Below are positions 23,456 to 36,835 of a stretch of DNA of 64,000 bases, piece after piece. This DNA is from Isurus oxyrinchus (lineage: Eukaryota). The position numbers and the translations under genes were made by a program. A model generated the notes under the pieces. The model saw nothing but the letters and a program-made list of their open reading frames with translations. It searched no databases and had not been told where the DNA came from. The stretch is from contig JANJGN010000646.1 of NCBI GenBank assembly GCA_026770705.1, positions 124,001 to 188,000 on the forward strand. The letters are read 5' to 3'. Within the stretch, counting starts at the first letter, position 1, and each line of letters starts with the position of its first letter.

Positions 23456-24282
23456 GTGAGTGTACACAGACTTCAACATCTCTCTCAGATTGAATCATGA
23501 CACAAACACACACAAATATACAGACCTAAATAGACACCTGCAGACACACAATCCCACATGTATGAGCACACACAATGACACACTCACAAACTAACACACT
23601 CAAACACATCTCCCCCGTGGGTTACCTGACCTCCATCAGTGCTGCATCGGAGAGTTGACGTAGATTCTGGGATTTGTGTTCCCATTCATATTTCTGGAAG
23701 AACATGGAAATTGCAAATTCTATTAGACACTCAAATGCACAGAGATACTTACAGATACTGATTGCCTCTCCAACTCTCTCTCTCCCTTGAAGAATCTTCT
23801 TCAAACCAAACCCTTTGACCAGGCATCTGTCCCAACTCCTCCTTCTGTGAATCTGTGTGAAATATTGTTTGAGTATCTGAGAGTAAGAGAGAGGTGGAGA
23901 GGTTTAGGAAGGGAATTCCTGTTGGTGAAAAGCTTACATCATGTTCCCACCTTTCCAGAGCCCATTTTGCACATGATGTCCAATGTCCCTGTTCATCATG
24001 GGGATTGCCTATGTAAACATCACGCTGTAGTTACACTCTCCTACCAGTGGTGGCACGGTAGCACTTAACCCTTGCATCTCCCAGATTTTCAAGCAATTTC
24101 ACTTCCCAATTTGCTACTACTCACCTCAACCACTCCCTGTGGGAGCGAGTTCCACATTCTCCCCTCTCTCTGGGTAAAGATTGGAACTGTTTATTAAGCG
24201 GGGGGTGTAAGTCCGTGGGGGAGTCCATCTCGATCCTGCCCGATTCGCACACAAGTCCGAGATGGATTTCCATCTTGCACTA

Positions 24283-24400
24283 AGAAAAGTGTTGACGTTT
24301 CGAGTCCTCATGACCTCAGTTCTGTCGAAGGGTCATGAGGACTCGAAACATCAACTCTTTTCTTCTCCCCCGATGCTGCCAGACCTGTTGAGTTATTCTT
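24283..24400. mobile_element. Core of the same palindromic element (~33-bp inverted arms)
   Basis: gttgacgtttcgagtcctcatgacc...ggtcatgaggactcgaaacatcaac. Confidence 0.65.
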
Positions 24401-24669
24401 AGCTGATGCTCGCTATCAATAACCAAGAGAGACCGACATTAGAACAAGCTGATTATTTATTGTAACAGAGGGCAGAGCACTAAATCCTTGCCTGCTCCCA
24501 CAGCCACCTCCAGCTCTAGACTTACAGTTAACCAGTGGCCCACACTGTCCAGTGATTGGTCAGTACTGTCACATGGTTTATCCACTTGTATTCTCTTAAA
24601 GGTACCTGGCACTCCACATTATCACAGGAGGCCTATAGTACACACATAACAGCATGTTTGCCTCCTCAG

Positions 24670-25265
24670 CACTGACCCTTCTACAGTGCAGCACTCCCTC
24701 ATTACTGACTCTCTAATAGTGTAATGATCCCTCAGTAGTGCTCCTCCAACATTGCACTGGTCAATCAGAACTGACGCTCTGACTGTGCAGTTTTACCTCA
24801 GCAGTAACCCTCCTACAGTGCAGTGCTCCCACAGTACTGTCCCTCCTACAGTGCAGCACTCCCTCAGGACTGACCCTCTGACAGTGCAGCACTCCCTCAG
24901 TACTGAACATCTGGCAGTGCAGCACACTCTCAGTACTGACTCTCTGACAGTGCAGCGCTCCCACAGTACTGTCCCTCCTACAGTGCAGCGCTCCCTGTCC
25001 CTCCTACAGTGCAGCACTCCCTCAGAAGCGAACATTTGACAGTGCAGCACTCCTTCAATACTGACCCTCCAACAGTGCAGATCTCCCTCACTACTGACCC
25101 TCCGACAGTGCAGCACCCCCTTAGGACTGACCCTCTGACAGTGCAGCACTCCCTCAGTACTGAACCTCTGACAGTGCAGCACTCCCTCAGTACTGACTCT
25201 CTGACAGTGCAGCACTCCCTCAGTACTGACCCTCTGACAGTGCAGCACGCCCTCAATACTGAACT
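24670..25265. repeat. 33-bp minisatellite array
   Basis: Tandem copies of the same unit. Confidence 0.95.
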
Positions 25266-25394
25266 GAAGTGTCTGCCTGGATTACGGGCTATGTGGTGAA
25301 AGAACCTACATTGACATCACACCTTTCACATTCTCAGTGTCTTTCAAAGTGCTTCACAGTCAGTGTAAGTTAACTGATCTGTATTTGTTTTTAG

Positions 25395-25676
25395 ACGCAC
25401 CACGGAATCTGTCAATTACTTCTCCAGATATGATTAACGCTTCATCGATCAATATAATTGAGGGGAATTCTGCAGTGATAATCTGCTCTGTCGAGAGCTC
25501 CCCAGCTTCTAACCTGACGTGGCGACATCTTAATGTCCCAATGAACAGAACAAGTTCCAACAATAAGCTGTGGTTGGTGATTCCTCACGTTACATCCAGG
25601 GACACTGGAGAATATCAGTGTGTGGCAGAGAATGAACATGGAGCAGTGGAGGGGTTCTTAACCATTACTGTGGAAT
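25395..25676 (+). CDS. Locus 2 C2/I-set Ig exon 2 (YAPRNLSI...DTGEYQCVAENEHG...ITVE)
   Basis: ttag acceptor, t|gtgagt donor, open frame, close paralog of 1787-2068. Confidence 0.92.
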
Positions 25677-27380
25677 GTGAGTGTACACAGACTTTAATAT
25701 TTCTCTCATCTCCGAACACATATACTCAGATGCTCTCCCACACACACACACAAGCACTCACAAATGTACAGACCCAAACTGCATGCACACACACAATCCC
25801 ACACTCATGAGCACACAGAAAGACACACTCACACACAAACACAGTAGTACACACGCCCCTGTGAGTTACCTGACCTCCCTCAGTACTGCACTGAAGAGTT
25901 CTCCTGGATTCTGGGATATGTGTTCCCATTCATATTTATCGAAGAATATCCAAATTACAAAGTCTATTCCAGAAACTCACATGCACAAAGATTCCAACTG
26001 ATACTCCCCACCTCTCCGTGTATCTCTCTCCTCCTTTAAAAAGCTTCCTAATCCCTAACTCTTGCCTGTCCTAACTCCTCCTTATAATGCCCTGTGTCAA
26101 ATTTTTTGTGTATCTGAGAGAAAGGGAGAGATAAGGAAGTTTAGGAAGGGATATCCTGTTCGTGAAGAGCTTACTTCTTTTTCTCACCTTTCCAGTGTTC
26201 AGTTTTGCCATCATGTCCAATGACCCTGTTTATAATGGGGGCAACATATGTAAACGTCACACTGTCTTTACATCCTCCCACCAGTGATGGCACTGTGGTG
26301 CTTAAGCTTGCACCTCCCAGCTTTTCAGCCAACTTCACTTCACAATTTGCAACACATGCTGTAAGTTCATCGAAATTAACTTATGTATCAAATGGTAGAT
26401 TTGATAATACAGTTTATTGAAAGGTTCATCCGCGCTCTGGGAAGGGTTTGCACTCTCCAGGAAGCAGGAATAGGCTGGATGTTGGGGAGTTCATCTTTTC
26501 CCAGAGAGTAGGGATCCTCGGGAATGTGCTGTCAGTGGGTGTGGTGGTTGCTGTCTCTCTGTTGCCTTCAAGAGGGATCTGGAGTGGTTACTAACTGGGG
26601 GAGAGATCATAGAAGCGGAGAATGATACAGCACAGGAGGAGGCCATTCAGCCCATTGTGCCTGTGCCAGGTCTTTCAATGTTCTATCCAATCAGATCCAC
26701 TAACCACTACTCCACTTTGCCCCCATCATCCTCCTTCAAGTGTTTATCCAATTTCCCTTTTGAAAGTTCCTATTGAATCTGCTTCCACCGCCCTTTCAGG
26801 CAGCACCTTCCAGATCACAACAACTCGCTCTGTCAAAACAAATTCTCCTCATCTCCCCCTCCGGTTTGTCAATCTGTGTCCCTCTGGTTACCGACCCTCC
26901 TGCCCCTTAAATACATCGATACTGTTCACCTCAACCACTCCCTGTGGGAGCGAGTTCCACATTCTCCCCTCTCTCTGGGTAAAGATTGGACCTGTTTATT
27001 AAGCGGGGGGTGTAAGTCCGTGGGGGAGTCCATCTCGATCTTGCCCGATTCGCACACGCGTCCGAGATGGATTTCTACCCTGCACTAAACGTTTCCAGAA
27101 TTTTCTACAGCACAATCCTGTACACAGCGATGGAGAGAAACATTGGACAGGGAGTCCAACAGCACAATGATCCATTCTCACCAATGTTCCACGCTAAGGG
27201 GAAAGTTCCGATTGTCCACTCTTAGAGTGTTTACAATGAAAACATTCATTCCACATTGAATCCCAGTGGATGGGTCAATATTACAGCAAATGTTGCAGTG
27301 ATATGAAGCTTGATTGTTCAGCCAGAGTGAGAGATTGAAAGCGGAGAGTCAGTGATGATTTCTTTCTGTGTGTTCTCTAG

Positions 27381-27520
27381 ACAGTGGAGGAGAGATTCTG
27401 CACGTGATCCTGATCCTGGGAATACGAGCTGTGATATTCCTTGTGGCTGTGGTTATCACTATCGCTGGAGTCTGTGTCTGGGAGAGACAAACAGTGCAAG
27501 GAAGTCGACAGATTGTTTGA
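27381..27520 (+). CDS. Locus 2 TM plus short-tail exon, activating type (YSGGEILHVILILGIRAVIFLVAVVITIAGVCVWERQTVQGSRQIV*)
   Basis: ctctag acceptor in phase 1; long hydrophobic segment with Arg (CGA 27425-27427); stop at 27518-27520; donor at 27542/27543. This frame is not in the ORF track. Confidence 0.85.
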
Positions 27521-27634
27521 AGCTTTGTACAGCAACAATCTGGTAAGTCAGTGCGGACAAATAACGTGTGATGTTGGGTTAAGTGTAATGAAACTGGTCA
27601 GTGTCCTGGTTAGAATCACCTTCGTATCAGAGAG

Positions 27635-28240
27635 GCATTCCAGCACAGTGGGAGCCTATTCAGCCCATTGAGTCTATGCTGTCTCTCTGTAGAGCAATCC
27701 AGTCAGTCCCATTCCCCCGCTCTATCCCCGTATCCCTGTGAGTTTATTTCCCCTCAAGTGTCCATCCAATTTCCTTTTGAAATCGTTCATCGTCTCCACT
27801 TCCACCATCCTCGTAGGCAGCGAGTTCCAGCTCATTACCACTCGCTGTGTAAAAAGGTTCCTCCTCACATCCCCCCTCTGCCCACAACCTTCAATCTGTG
27901 TCCCCCAGTCCTTGTCCCATCAGCTAATGGCAACAGCTTCTCTTTGTCTACCTTATCTAAACCCATCATCATCTTGTACACCTCGATCAGATCCCCCCTC
28001 AATCTCCTTTGCTCCAAGGAGACAACCCCAGCTTCTCCAACCCAACCTTGTAGCTAAAATCCCTCATCCCTGGACCCATTCTGCTCAATCTCCTCCCCAC
28101 CCTCTCAAGGACCCTCACTTCCTTCCCAAAGTGAGGAGACCAGAACTGGACACAATACTCTAGCTGTGACCTAACCAGAGCTTTATAAATGTTCAGCATA
28201 ACCGCCCTGTGTTTGTTCTCAATCCCTCGATTTATGAAAA
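27635..28240 (-). mobile_element. CR1 LINE 3' fragment
   Basis: YKALVRSQLEYCVQFWSP on -. Confidence 0.85.
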
Positions 28241-28595
28241 GCTTATTCTTTCCATCAGCACAAACAGCAATTTCCAAGCGGACTCCCATCAGCAGACAGA
28301 GTGCAATGAAACATCGGCATGCCTGCTTCTTAATGTACGGAGAGAAACCTGCAACGAGAGATTCTCCTTCTTCTCCTCAGCAAGCTGAAACTTTTCCTTA
28401 TACCTGGTGCTCCCCAGTCCTGCTGTGTGGACACATCATAACCACGGCATTGTCTGGCTGTGTGCAGCCAACATGGTCGAATAGGAATGAACAGAAATGT
28501 GCCGTTGCTAAACTCTGTTCTCTGATTGGAATGTGCTTTCTGAATGCTGCACCTTTTTCATGCTGCGATAGATTGTAAGAAGCATTTGGGTTATG

Positions 28596-28601
28596 AATAA
28601 A
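28596..28601 (+). terminator. Candidate polyadenylation signal for locus 2
   Basis: AATAAA in unique sequence after the CR1 insertion downstream of the TM exon; candidate acceptors near 28259-28381. Confidence 0.3.
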
Positions 28602-28959
28602 ATTACATTGACTAACACAAGTGATTAAAATGCTCAGCCTGTTCTGTAGATATTTATAGATTAAAATTCTTATTTTGAAGCCAAATTTTTGACTCAAAGA
28701 CATTACTTCATGTTGTCACATTTGTTCTATCATACGAATTCCTGTGCCCAGCTTTATAATAGAAATTTCCCATGTAAACATGTCACATTGTAGTTTCACA
28801 CTCCTGCCAGTGGTGGTGCCATTCCAAAGCTGTCTTGCTGCACCGAACAGTGAGAAATATTCTCGACGTGTACATGATGTTGTTGTTACACGGACATCAG
28901 GCGGAACCTTGGGCAGTGCCTAGAATGCACTTTGGACAGTGCAGACCACGCTCAGAACT

Positions 28960-30680
28960 GATAGTGCAGCATTTCCTCAGTGCTGACCCTCCGTCAGTGC
29001 TGCGCTCCCTCATTACTGTCCCTCTGACAGTGCTGCACTACCTCATTATTGACCCTTTTCAAGTGCAGCACCCCGTCAGCACTGACCTTCTGACAGTGCA
29101 GCACTCCCTCATGTCTGACAGTCTGACAGTGCAGCACTCCCTCAGTACTCACCCACCCATAGTACAACACTCCCTCAGTACTGATCCTCTGATACTGTAT
29201 CCCTCCCTCACTACTGACCTTCCGACAGTTCGGCACTCCCTCGGTACACACCTTCTGACTGTGCAGCACTCCCACAGTGCTGACAAACTGACAGTGCAGC
29301 ATTCCCTCAGTACTGACCCTCTGACACTGTATCCCTCCCTCACTACTGACCTTCCGACAGTTCAGCACTCCCTCAGTACTGACGCTCCCACAGTGCAGCA
29401 CTCCCTCAATTCTCACCCTCCCACAGTGCAGCACTCCCTCAGTACGCCCCCTCCCACAGTGCTGTGTGAATTGTTTCAATCAAGACTGATGCCCAAAGAG
29501 GGAGGTTTCATTGCTAAATCATTGAAATCTGTGAAAATTATTTTTAGGCTTACGGGAACAAGACTTAGTTCCTCAAATCCTTTCTTTTGCAATAACACAC
29601 AGTACAAGAAACTCTGTTTAAATAAATTCCAGTTAAACTTTGCCATGAAAGGATATCTTCTCACACTCCTCTCTACCTCAGTACTAACCCTCCCACAGTC
29701 CGGCACCCCCTCAATACTGACCCTCCAACTGTGCGGAACTCACTCAGTACAGACCCTCCGACGGTGCAGCACTCCCACATTACTGACCCTCTGACAGTGC
29801 AGCCCTCCCACATTACTGACCCTCTGACAGTGCAGCACTCCCTCATTACTGACCATCTGACAGTGCAGACCTCCCACATTACTGACCCTCTGACAGTGCA
29901 GACCTCCCACATTACTGACCCTCTGACAGTGCAGCCCTCCCACATTACTGACCCTCTGATAGTGCAGCACTCCCTCATTACTGACCACCTGACAGTGCAG
30001 ACCTCCCACATTACTGACCCTCTGACAGTGCAGCCCTCCCACATTACTGACCCTCTGACAGTGCAGCACTCCCTCATTACTCACTCTCCCACAGTGCAGC
30101 ACTCGCTCAGTACTCACACTCCCACAGTGCAGCCCGCGCTCAGTACTCACCCTCCCACTGTGCTGTGCGAGTTGTTTCAATCAAGATTGGTGCCCAAAGA
30201 GGCAGGTTTCAATGCTAAATCATTGAAATCCGTGAAAATTATTTTTAGGCTTACGGGAACAAGACTTAGTTCCTCAAATCCTTTCTTTTGCAATAACACA
30301 CAGTACAAGAATTGTGTTTAAATAAATTCCAGTTAAACTTTGCCATGAAAGGATATCTCCTCACACTCCACTCTACCTCAGTACTAACCCTCCCACAGTC
30401 CAGCACCCCCTCAATACTGACCCTCCAACTGTGCGGAACTCACTCAGTACAGACCCACCGACAGTTCAGCACTCCCACATTACTTACCCTCTGATAGTGC
30501 AGCATTCCCTCATTACTGACCCTCTGATGTTGCAGCACTCCCACATTACTGACCCTCTGACAGTGCAGCCCTCCCACATTACTGACCCTCTGACAGTGCA
30601 GCCCTCCCACATTAGTGACCCTCTGATAGTGCAGCACTCCCACAGTACAGTGCCGCTGACAGTGCAGCACTCCCTCCGTA
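28960..30680. repeat. 33-bp minisatellite array containing a duplicated ~200-bp AT-rich insert (~29465-29670 and ~30165-30375)
   Basis: Direct inspection. Confidence 0.9.
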
Positions 30681-30899
30681 ATGATAACAGGGATTGTTGA
30701 AATGTATCATAAGGCCAGAGACCTGTATTGGGAACTCTTATCGCCTGAGTTTCAGCCTCTGAGATGAGGGGGAGGAGTCTAATCCCACGGAGCCAATGGA
30801 GAAGCTTGATGACTACAGCTGCCCAAATATGAGCTGACAGATCATCACATGGTAAACGTTTTGCTGAGAGCACAAAACATCCTCGATCTTCTCACTGAT

Positions 30900-31044
30900 T
30901 ATCCACTTCCTCATTTTGTCTCACAGTGACACATCCACCCTTTCTAATTAAACACACAGAGGGGGCAGCACAGGAAGAGGTCATTCAGCCCAAGCAGAGC
31001 GTGTGGGCAGTTCCTCCCCAGGCGAGCAGTCGGACAGGTCCTGG
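30900..31044 (+). promoter_or_regulatory. Locus 3 promoter/5'-UTR exon module with PU.1/ETS-like site
   Basis: cacttcctcattt at 30904-30916, donor tgg|gtaagt; paralog of the 8140 module. Confidence 0.55.
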
Positions 31045-31493
31045 GTAAGTAACGGAACGATTGGAATTCACTTCCACGACCAACACCGTCCTTTGTTGAT
31101 GTTGTGACTTTATAAAGACAGATTCCAATGATTGATGCCTTTGAAAGATTTCTACTGATTATTGAGATCTGGGTGTGAGGCTCAAGTCTGTTGTACAGAA
31201 CATCTTTCTAGCTCAGGGATGAGGGAAGTGCAGAGACATGAGCTTTGGGACGTCTTGAGGTGGGGAAAGGTGCTATAGAAATGCAAATCCTTCAATGTTT
31301 TTCTTTCTTAAAGCCTTGTAACTCTCTGCAGAGTACCTATCATCCCACAGAGAGTCAAATTAGTCTGTCAAGACATTGTCCAAAAACAGTTCTGATCTCT
31401 TGAGAGCTGTCGGACAAGAGGTGAGGTCTCATTAACTCCTTTCTCTTTCAGAGTTTGAGAGTCAGAAGCTTATGAAATATCTGGGAGTGGACA

Positions 31494-31533
31494 ATGATCA
31501 GGAAATCCTACTTCCTCCTGTCACTTCTCCAAG
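31494..31533 (+). CDS. Locus 3 leader exon MIRKSYFLLSLLQ
   Basis: Paralog of the other leader exons; intact donor g|gtaat. Confidence 0.72.
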
Positions 31534-32459
31534 GTAATAACATCATCAGCTCGGACAGGTTTATGGCTAATAGTCTTTGTAAAAGATCATTCTTATTGAG
31601 TGTGATTGGGAACAGATTCAGCAGTGAGCCAGTGTACAAACTCACACCAAGTCCCATTCACCCATCACCCCTGTGCTCACTGATATACACTGACTCCCTG
31701 TCTGACAGCAGAATTGGAGGAGAATAGAGATCTCAGAGGGTTTTAGGGTTGGAGGAGGTTACAGGGATCGGGAGTGTAGAGGGGGGATGGTGGGGTAAGA
31801 AATCGATGATTAGAATTTGAAATTTGAGTCATTGCTGGACTGGGAGCCAGTGTAGTTCAGCCAGTGACAGGGGAGCGATCGGCTGAATAGAGAATCAGGA
31901 ATACCAACTGGGGGATGAGGTCTATCCTGATGCTGGGACTCGGATAACAATGCCCTGAAATTTTGTGTCTTTTGCTGATTTTGTCAGAATTTCCCATGAA
32001 GACAACACAGCAGCTCCTAGAATAGACAGGCTGTTCAGTGTCACACTTCCTGTCCATTCTCACCTTGCTAGATACTTCAATAAGGGAGCAAGATAACTGA
32101 AAGAGAGAAGGAAGGTAAAGCTGTCTGTGTGTAAAGGTGTCAAATATTCTGAGTTATCATGATTGTCTCTGATCTGCTGCAGAGTTTAAAGTTCTCAGAA
32201 CATTAGCACTTTGCAGCTCAGAGAGAGACCATTGACTCACTGCCTGAAAGGCCGGTGGAAGCAGATTCAACAGGAACTTTCAGAAGGGGAACTGGATAAA
32301 TACTTGAAGGGGACATTTTGCAGGGCTGTGGAGGAGAGAGCAGAGGTTAGAGTGGGACTAATTGGACAGATCTTTCAAAAGCCCAGCACAGGCTCGATGG
32401 GCCAAATGGCATCCTTCTGTTCCGGATCATTCTACAATCTGATAAATTAAGCCCCACAT

Positions 32460-34915
32460 CAGTAACTCTTCAGGCTCCTGCTGCAGGGATGGATCTTTGA
32501 GAAGGACAGGGAACAAGAGTTTCCTGGTATCATTTTCATATTTCTTGACAATAAAATGAGTGCATAGATCTGTTGAATATTTGAGTCTCTAAAGCGTAGA
32601 GGTAATCTGCTGTTATGTCGAGATCTTGTGGTGGCAAAATTGTCTGGAGGTATCTTTAATTGCTCACATTGATCTGTGGGATTGTCATTCTTCGATGTTG
32701 TCCCTGGCTTCAATTGACATTACACCCTTGATGCAATTGAGGAGGCTTTAAACTAAGATGACAGGGGATGGGATCCCGAGAGGAGGTTCAACAGAGAGAG
32801 ATGCACAGCCAGAATTAGAAGAGAGAGCAAATGAACCTGGAAGGCATAGAAATTATTGGCCATTTAAGGCTCAAGATAGCGTGGCAAAGTTGGATTGTAT
32901 TAATTTTAATGCAAGGAGTCTGACAGACTTGCATTCTCCTACAGGTGTAATGTTGCAGCTCCCTTGAAACTGCCAATATTGTTGAATCTTTCTGCATATT
33001 TCAATGTTATGTCATGAACTGAGCTGATGGGATAGTTTCTGAGACTGGGACAGACATAAATCCATTGGCTTTCGGCCGGACCGGAAAATCATGGAAGTGG
33101 GTGGGGCCAGAAAATCCCACCCCTATGGGAACATTTTCAGTTTATTTGATGTGCCCAGAGAGATCAATAAAGACCACAATCCACAATTTATTGGCAAGCC
33201 ACGTCAGGATATGTGTGAGAGGTGGAATATCGATCTCCGCTCCTAGTCTCGTCGTGTACATCATCGCCATTTCCTGGTTTGTCAGTCACCACATGTATAT
33301 GTTCCTGATGGGATAGCGGATGGTCATTCTTATTGCTTGAAGGTTCCTCGTTGTGCAGGGTTTGTTTGGATCAGCGCACGGCTCTTTGTAGCTGCATGAG
33401 CCTTTGCTCTAGTGCCCTGCCGCTGTCAATGGCCCTTTCTGCCACAAGCCTTGCAGGATTGGTGGAAAGCTGGGCATTTCCTTGGTGCCTGCAGAAGGCC
33501 ACACCTTCCACACGTCTCACTAGGTTTGGATGTTCTAGTGAGTGTGTCAACAATTGATGTTGTACTGAGGACCTGTAAGCTTCGTTGACCTGCGAGGATC
33601 ACTTCGTATTTATGTCCATCCTTGAGTAGCTCTTCAATGCTATAGGTTTTGGTCTTATCTAGCAGATCTTTCTGGAAGGCTTCCATGGGAGTGGATGCGA
33701 TCACCAACTCAACAACTCTGTCTGCAGACTCTGTGTTTGAAATCACAGTGCGTACCCTTTTCTCTACATCGGCTGATGAAGTGGTCTATGGATTGTGTAG
33801 GCTGATGAAATGACATAAACTCTAGTTGATGAATATGGAGCTTAACCTGATTCTGAACCTGTCTTCCAATATCGTCCATATCTATTGGGGATCCTTTCAC
33901 TCTTCTGCTGTTAATCCTGATGTGCTCAGCCTGTGTAGACCTTCATTCCCAATCGCGAGGTGAATTTTTATGGGTGGCTCGTCTGGTTCAGTCACAGCTG
34001 AATCAGGAAACCAGAGCTCTGTACGCTGTTTAAACATTCTGAATTCAGATAGTCGGTCAGCTACATCCCAGTTCAAACTGGGGAATTTCGTGGACATTCT
34101 GACAATATTCCTTTGATCTTCCTTCTCCTACAGGATCTGGGATGAGTGTCGCTTTAGCCCCTTTTGTGTGCTTTTCCGAAGCTCCGCCCACGAAGACGGG
34201 TTGTGGCAGGAACACACCACGGAGTAATGGAGTCTTTGTTTTTTATTCAATTTACTGTTCAGCAATCTCGAAGCCGCCCGTTATAATCACTAACTTCTCT
34301 GGGCTGATTTTTATAATGGTTTTTGTGTGTTTGACTCTCCCTCACTCACTATCGATCCAGCCCACACCCTGGTCACTCGCCTTCCCTGACTGAGCTAACC
34401 CGCTGCTGGTCCTGGCGATACACACTGTCCCACTCACTGACCTACAGGCTGTGTGCTGTAATCTCACCACGAGGGATCCGTCTGCTCCCCAGCTCTTTAC
34501 TTGTGCTCTGTCCCGTCACTGTGTCTTCAAAGGTTTCCTGAGCAGTCAGTACACTGCGATTTCAACCCTCTCTGATGCTGTGTCTCTGTTGTGGTCTGAC
34601 CAAAGCGTCGAGGGTCGTCTCATGTCATGTAGCTCGATCTAAGGCTGTTCACCACGTCATACCTGTACTGAATCTTGCTGCCAGAATGTTTGGCCACCGC
34701 TGATCACCATGCTGTGTTTTTATAATGATATAAAGGCACCAGCCACTGATACGGAATTGGGTAAACACATTGTGGGTTCAGTTATTTAGAACAGGGACAT
34801 GAGAACAGATATACAGGATAGAAAGCTGGGAGACACCTGCAGCCAAACTGTGTGAGCTGTGTTCTGCTCACAGGCCAAAGTGAAACTTGGACTGGATGGT
34901 GTTATCATCCCAGCT
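32460..34915 (-). mobile_element. Duplicate Gypsy remnant retaining more gag and less pol
   Basis: gag ORFs FPSLNWDVADRLSEFRMFKQR and CGRCG...CPAFHQSCKACGRKGH; PBS at 34692-34709. Confidence 0.82.
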
Positions 34916-36835
34916 GATGTTACTACTGGGCAAGTCAGATCCCAGGGTGGAACTCAGCTTGATAGGTCCTAACTTTTATTTTTTATTTATGAATGTGGAG
35001 TGCGGCTACTGAACAGAGTCACAGGAGTCATCTGATGAACTTCTAACAAAAGAATAAAACATTTATTAAACTAGGAAAGACAAACTATATTACATTACTC
35101 CTTCACCCAGACCTATACATTTACAGATTCATAAGTAGAACACAAGTTACAATAACTATCTTATACTCTCATGTTCACACTAAGTGCACAGTCCATGTAA
35201 ACCAATAGACGACCTGTGGTCAGGGACACCACATTTTGAAAGAAACTGACAGAACCCACTTGGAACAAATTCTATGTCTCCCTCCTCATCTGTCCCCAGA
35301 CGCTTGTTACACTGAGCCAACCAGTCTCACTGAACTGAGATATCCATATGAGGGTTTCCAATCTCCACTCTCCAAGAACTCACTTTGGAATCTCCTCCAA
35401 CATGACACTTTCGCTCAGACACCTTCCACAAGGGTCCACTTTCACTATTTCAAACTCTCCTTCCCATGTTCCTGCCCCCTGGATCGCCACGTGCATTCAG
35501 CCTTCCTTCCACGCCCTGTCTCTCCAATGCTCAGCCGTGTCAATGGAACACCATGGCTTCACATGGCCATAGTAATGAGTCACCAACCTGTGGTGTCTCC
35601 TAGGATCGTCTGGCTTCTCGCAAACCTTTTTTGCATTAGGCCTGTGTCCTGCTGCTTCTTCCTTTAAGCTTGAAGCCTTCTTCTGCTCCTCACTCTTAAC
35701 TTCACTTAACAGGGCCATTTCCAGATTTGATAAGAAGGTCTTCTTGGGCCCTTTCTCCTGTTCCACTCGATGGTTTTGGCTTCATCTTTACTTTGGGACT
35801 GACTATCTGTCCCGCTCCTTTGCTGCTTCTCCTGGCAACTCCTTTCAACAGAACTGAAAGTACTTTTCTGTTTTTCTTTGTCTCTGTGTGTCCCTCCCTC
35901 TGGACCACTGTTACTCGGCAACAGCACAGTTTCTTCTACCTTGTGTTTGTTTTGACTTCCCTTCAAGAGTCATAAAAACTCATTAGATAGGTGGCCTCTT
36001 CCAAAGTGAAACCAAAACTCAAGTATTCCCTTTTCTAAACACCCAAATACAGAAATACAAACTAAACTTGAACTGAAAGATATACCTTATGCCTAACACA
36101 CACAAATACACATCGAACTTACTTAAGCCAACCCCAGTTCCTAAAAATCACATGACACACTTCCCCTCGAGTGATGTCATGCTGCTGTCCCTGAAAGGCA
36201 TATTACAACAGTGTTATCACTTGGCAGGTGATGTGTGCCAGGCAGACCAAGTCCATGAGAGAAAGGTGGTCACATGATCATAATGATTTTTGATTTTTTT
36301 ATTTATTATGAGATGTGTGCACTGAATTCAGAAGCAATAAGTCCACCAAGACCTTTAGAGATTTAAAAAAGTAAATTAAATATTTGCCATCGAAATAAAA
36401 GATTTCAAGCACATACATAAGACTACAATGACTGCTATAATAACTCCTAAAATTCCTAATTAACCTGACTCCCAGTTACACTCCCATTAAGGCAACAGAC
36501 CAAAAATAGATGTTAGATTTAAAACAAACTCAGCAAGTTAACCCAATGCCCTGGACAGTGGAATTCCAAATGGATTTTCCCCAACTTCAGTTCTGTTGGA
36601 TAGCAGGCTTGTGCACAAACAGGGTCTTGAGGACCATGAGCCAATGTAGAATGTACTTTTCCGCTTGTGTGTCCAGGATTCTCTTCCATCCATTGTGAAA
36701 CCTTGGGGAGATCTCTGTGTGTCCTGTAGATGGTCCAAACTGCAGCCACTGTGCCCCAGTGAAGGAGGGGGTGGATATCGAGTCTAGTGGATCTACAAAC
36801 CATCCAGAGTTAAATATTGATATTTCTCTCCCCAG

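Noticed and set aside
28835-30700. 319-aa and other TVQHSLSTDPL ORFs
   Set aside because: Translations of the 33-bp minisatellite
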